From the IMG/VR virus record IMGVR_UViG_3300002026_000101: a DNA stretch of 20,000 nt. The stretch is one strand, 5' to 3'. A program made the translations under genes and the position numbers. Below the pieces are notes generated by a model. It saw only the letters and a list, made by a program, of their open reading frames with translations, did not search any database and had not been told where the DNA came from. Below are positions 16,160-20,000 of this stretch, in pieces; within the stretch, counting starts at the first letter, position 1; each line of letters starts with the position of its first letter. This DNA comes from an uncultured virus (IMG/VR IMGVR_UViG_3300002026_000101). Lineage: Duplodnaviria; Heunggongvirae; Uroviricota; Caudoviricetes.

Positions 16160-16795
16160 ATGAAGCGTCTGTTCGGTGTTTTCGCAGTGTGTGTCGTTGC
16201 TACGGTGGTTTTTGGTCAAGCGCAGACTTGGCTTCGTCCCGTTCAGGTGGATGACCAGAACCGTATTGTCGGGCGTGATGATTTCATCGCTGCCAACCAG
16301 CTCGTGGATTCAACGAGCGCAACCAATACGTTTTCTGGGTCTATCGTCGTGCAGGGGTACAGTAGCATTAACAGTATTAAGATGGGAGCTGGGGCGCTGT
16401 CCATTGACAACCTTAATCCTATTCTTGACATTGCTGAGGGTGAACTTCGGAACACCAGTACGCCGACGCTGGACTGGATCTCTAAGAGTCTTGAGAATGG
16501 AGCGTGGACAGTTGCTACAGACGCTACAAACGGACAGCAGATCGTCAACTACCAGACGATGACGAATTACACCAGAACTGCTTCTGTTCTATCCGCAACA
16601 AACAATGTCATCTACGGCGGTTCCGATACGAACGGCCTTGGCGGTGGGTTCCAGTATTTCGCAATCGGCGGGCTTGACGAGACAGCGCAGCAGGCCGAAG
16701 GGGCATGGCGCATGGGTATTGTCGACGGCAATATGAAAGTACAGGTCATGTATAACGGCGGATGGTCTAATGCGGTCATGTTCACAAGGCCGTAG
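16160..16795 (+). CDS. Short fibre-like protein with a signal peptide
   Basis: MKRLFGVFAVCVVATVVFG signal-like N-terminus; shares ATNG..IVNYQT.TN with the 17158 protein. Confidence 0.8.
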   Translation: MKRLFGVFAVCVVATVVFGQAQTWLRPVQVDDQNRIVGRDDFIAANQLVDSTSATNTFSGSIVVQGYSSINSIKMGAGALSIDNLNPILDIAEGELRNTSTPTLDWISKSLENGAWTVATDATNGQQIVNYQTMTNYTRTASVLSATNNVIYGGSDTNGLGGGFQYFAIGGLDETAQQAEGAWRMGIVDGNMKVQVMYNGGWSNAVMFTRP

Positions 16796-16840
16796 TATGT
16801 TGTCGAAGGTCTTAAAAGCTGGGTTTGACGAGGTGATGAT

Positions 16841-17137
16841 ATGGCACTTCTGATGTCGCAGGACATATTGAACAAGGTGTTCACGGGTTCACAGCTTCGG
16901 GCTTTGCCAAGTGTGCAGGATGCTTTGAACGCCGTGTATGATGCTGGGCAAAGCGCGTTGCGGATCAACTTCGGAGGGGTCGTTCCGACTGGCGCGGTTT
17001 CCAGAACACCCGTAGCCGTCCCCGTCACTAACGCTTCTGCTGGTGCGCAGGGCGATTGGTCGTACGATGGTCAATACTTTTACTGGTGCGTTTCGGCGAA
17101 CACATGGATTCGGGTCGCGCCGGAGCGGGTTTGGTAA
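16841..17137 (+). CDS. Small fibre-associated protein, paralog of 11080-11349
   Basis: GAGGTG RBS; C-terminal GAQGDWSYDGQYFYWCVSANTWIRV. Confidence 0.8.
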   Translation: MALLMSQDILNKVFTGSQLRALPSVQDALNAVYDAGQSALRINFGGVVPTGAVSRTPVAVPVTNASAGAQGDWSYDGQYFYWCVSANTWIRVAPERVW

Positions 17138-17157
17138 TGGATGACGAAGGAGGGCGC

Positions 17158-20000
17158 GTGAAACGGAATCTTATAGCATTTTTGTTTTTGTTTGCTGGGG
17201 CTGCCAGTGTGTCGGCTGGGCCTATCCGTGGGCTTGTTGACCTTGCGACAGGGGTAGCTGTCCCTGATGCTGATGTCAGGTATGTCACCTCGACAAACGA
17301 GGTCTATACGAATGCCCTGTCGCAATCCGCTGATGCTTTCGGATGGGGGAATCATTCGACCAACGGGTATGCGTACACCAACGTCATTGCGACGCAGGTC
17401 TGGAGTCAAGCCCAGTATCCGCTTGCCTTAACGAACGCTGCTGCCTTTGATCCTGCTGGCTCTGCAACGGCGTTGTCAAACTCACTAGGTAGTGCTGCTT
17501 TCACTGATTCCACGAACTATGTTACGGTACTGGCGGGTGCTGGCTATGCAGTCAAGGGTGCGTATAACGAGTTCACGGCGACTAATAGATTCAGCTCTGA
17601 CCTAGAGGTTGGGGCGGTAGACTTGAACACAATGATATTGGCTAATACGGTGTATGCTGGGCCATACATCTCAACTAACCTCTCCAATGGCAGGCCATTC
17701 TACACAAAATCATTCGGTCAGATCATATCTTGGGACGGCAGTAAATGGATTCTGTATGCTAATCTTCAGGTCAGAGCACGTGGACAGAATGATGTCGCAA
17801 CTCCTGACAAGGTGACGCTCTGGTATAGTGGGAGTATTGGCAGCACACCGATTGCTTTGGACTTGAATCCAGATTATGATTTGGCAATGGCCGTGTCGGG
17901 GGGAGTTTCATACGCTTACCACACTGCTACCAACGGCAACGAGATTGTAAACTACCAGACGCTGACAAATAAGCTGTCTCTTATAAACACCCTCAACTCG
18001 GGGATATCCTTGGGGGTCTTGCCGTCGCCCGAGGCTAGTAGTGCTTATGGGGCTGCGTTGTACGCTGCTGACAATAGTGCTGTTCTTGTGGTGGGGGCTC
18101 CCGATTGGACTGGGGGGGCAACGCAGCAGGGGACGGTGTACGTCTATGACAAGGCATCCCTTATGTGGGATTCTTGGACGCAGCGGGGGGCAAGTCTAAC
18201 TGCCTCTGACTTTGGAGACTACGCTTTCTTCGGATGTTCGGTTGATCTTACAACAGACGGGAACATTCTTGTTGTCGGGGCGAAGGGGCGGCCAGGCTCC
18301 GAGCTTCTGCGTCGCGGCGGGGTCTATGTGTATGATCGTAATGGTTCGGTGTGGACGGAGCGGTCTATTATAGAACAGGCCGTCTCGGGGGATTACGAAT
18401 GGTTCGGCACGTCGGTGTCCATATCTACAAATGGAACAGTTCTTGCGGCAGGGGCACCTGGGCGAGACAACCCCCCGAATAACGATAGCGGGGCAGTCTA
18501 TATCTATGATTGGACGGGGGCGGCGTGGGTCTATCGCGGATTGATCATTGACATTGACCCTAACTTCGGTATTGAGTTCGGATCGGCGGTGTCCCTTACA
18601 CCTGATGGGCTTTCAATCTTTGTCGGTGCGCCATTGAAAGGGATTACTGCGATAGGTCAGGGCGTGGTTCGGCAGTATGACTGGAATGGTTCGGCTTGGG
18701 TTTATGTCACAACCTTGGTTGCTCCAGATGCTGGCGTGAACTACAACCTCGGTAGGAGTCTGGATGCCAAGGCGGATGGGTACACGCTTATGATCGGCGC
18801 GAAAGGTGCATCAGGGGTTCCCGTAGGCAAGGGGGCGGTATACGTGTTCAAGAAGGTCAATGGCGTGTGGACGTACAATAACACCTTGACGGCTGAAGAT
18901 GGTCTCGGTACGGATGAGTTCGGTACGGCCATTGCAATTGCGAATGACACTCAAGACCTGTTCGTCGGCGCACCTGGCAAGAGCAGCTCCAGCGGGGCGG
19001 TGTATGCGTATGATGGCGGGCTTGAAGGGAATTGCTATGTGATCGGAAACCTGCTCCCCTCGGAGCAGGAGCTGTTTTCCCTCGGGTCGCCCGATAGCAG
19101 GTGGCAGACGCTTTACGTCAAGGACAGCTCTATCTACCTTGGTACAAACAAGCTGTCAATCACGAACGGGCAGATCGCTGTGACGGGGGGAACCAACGCT
19201 CCCGTTCTCTATGCTACGGAGCCTTGGGTACAGGCCGAGCTGTTGACGATCACCAACAACTTGACGTCGTATGTCTCGACAAACAACCCTGCCTATACGA
19301 ATGCCCTGTCGCAATCCGCTGATGCTTTCGGATGGGGGAATCATTCGACCAACGGGTATGCAGTGGTCAACTCCAACAACGTATTCACGGGCACCAACAT
19401 CTTTGACGTGATCCAGACAAGCACAAATGGAGATATAAATGGAACCGTAAAATTATGGGACGGGTCTATGCAAGCTGGGTACGGACTAGCTAGTACAGAC
19501 ATCGGGTATGGATGTGTTGGTATATTACAGCTAGGAGTCAGGTTTATTACTAACTCCACGGTGTCTCATGTCGGCCCAGGCGCTGGAAACATACAGCAGG
19601 CCACTGTCAACGGTTCATCGGCGGTCATCATAACAGGGAACGTGTACAGCAGCTCGCAGAAGATATACTCGACACAGACCTCCAGAGCGGTCATGTCTGG
19701 AGCAACCCCTCCCGTTACTGGGTCAATGCAGGCGGGGCGGCTATACGGCGGTGCTACTATGACTAACGAAAACAGTGCTGGGTGCATCCAGCTAGGCCAC
19801 CTTACAACAAACCAACACAGCTTGGTTCGCAATAGCATAGGCAGTATTGGCCTAGGCGCAGTCACGATAACTAATGCAACAAACGTCATTGTTGTTGGTA
19901 ACGGTCAGGTAGCGCACGGAGACGGTTCCGTCACGGCTGGCGGAGGGTTCTGGACCACGAACAGCCCGGCGTCGGATAACTGGGCAGTCAACTACCAGAC
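17158..20000 (+). CDS. Large adhesin/fibre-like protein (>947 aa, runs off the window) with a signal peptide and FG-GAP (integrin-alpha-type) beta-propeller repeats
   Basis: Not in the ORF track. AAGGAGG RBS then GTG 17158; MKRNLIAFLFLFAGAASVSA; I found no stop to 20000; six FG.SV....DG..L.VGAP...GAVYVY repeats at ~18040-19015. Confidence 0.9.
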   Translation, partial: MKRNLIAFLFLFAGAASVSAGPIRGLVDLATGVAVPDADVRYVTSTNEVYTNALSQSADAFGWGNHSTNGYAYTNVIATQVWSQAQYPLALTNAAAFDPAGSATALSNSLGSAAFTDSTNYVTVLAGAGYAVKGAYNEFTATNRFSSDLEVGAVDLNTMILANTVYAGPYISTNLSNGRPFYTKSFGQIISWDGSKWILYANLQVRARGQNDVATPDKVTLWYSGSIGSTPIALDLNPDYDLAMAVSGGVSYAYHTATNGNEIVNYQTLTNKLSLINTLNSGISLGVLPSPEASSAYGAALYAADNSAVLVVGAPDWTGGATQQGTVYVYDKASLMWDSWTQRGASLTASDFGDYAFFGCSVDLTTDGNILVVGAKGRPGSELLRRGGVYVYDRNGSVWTERSIIEQAVSGDYEWFGTSVSISTNGTVLAAGAPGRDNPPNNDSGAVYIYDWTGAAWVYRGLIIDIDPNFGIEFGSAVSLTPDGLSIFVGAPLKGITAIGQGVVRQYDWNGSAWVYVTTLVAPDAGVNYNLGRSLDAKADGYTLMIGAKGASGVPVGKGAVYVFKKVNGVWTYNNTLTAEDGLGTDEFGTAIAIANDTQDLFVGAPGKSSSSGAVYAYDGGLEGNCYVIGNLLPSEQELFSLGSPDSRWQTLYVKDSSIYLGTNKLSITNGQIAVTGGTNAPVLYATEPWVQAELLTITNNLTSYVSTNNPAYTNALSQSADAFGWGNHSTNGYAVVNSNNVFTGTNIFDVIQTSTNGDINGTVKLWDGSMQAGYGLASTDIGYGCVGILQLGVRFITNSTVSHVGPGAGNIQQATVNGSSAVIITGNVYSSSQKIYSTQTSRAVMSGATPPVTGSMQAGRLYGGATMTNENSAGCIQLGHLTTNQHSLVRNSIGSIGLGAVTITNATNVIVVGNGQVAHGDGSVTAGGGFWTTNSPASDNWAVNYQ
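17304..17372 (+). repeat. 69-bp perfect direct repeat, copy 1 (YTNALSQSADAFGWGNHSTNGYA)
   Basis: Identical to 19293-19361. Confidence 0.95.
19293..19361 (+). repeat. 69-bp perfect direct repeat, copy 2
   Basis: Identical to 17304-17372; offset 1989 bp, which is in frame. Confidence 0.95.

Noticed and set aside
17304..19361. Diversity-generating retroelement TR/VR pair
   Set aside because: The copies are identical with no adenine-specific differences, both are coding, and no reverse transcriptase is in the window.

Overview
This window looks like part of a large bacteriophage genome or prophage-like element. All credible genes are on the + strand, and there are no cellular housekeeping genes. 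From left to right it holds: (i) 1-3007, hypothetical genes ending in a Dam-like DNA adenine methyltransferase whose N-terminus is broken by a 9-nt in-frame insertion containing TAG; (ii) ~3010-4150, a non-coding region with 16-bp iterated repeats where the strand skew flips from C/A-rich to G/T-rich (origin- or genome-end-like); (iii) ~4200-9984, a G-rich cluster of small early-type ORFs punctuated by three copies of a 60-79 bp stop/hairpin/RBS cassette, with an AT-rich insert carrying a second methyltransferase and a NUMOD3 homing-endonuclease remnant; (iv) ~10015-10586, a non-coding RNA cluster; (v) 11080-20000, large fibre/adhesin-like proteins, four of which begin with Sec-type signal peptides, arranged as two paralogous 'small protein + large adhesin' cassettes. 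The most striking item is in the RNA cluster: a ~300-nt RNA that reproduces the 23S rRNA GTPase-associated centre (L11-binding H43-H44) in two halves split by a ~218-nt structured insert. It is flanked by two degenerate tRNA-like elements and followed by a terminator. Comparisons to rRNA and protein families are from memory; no searches were run.
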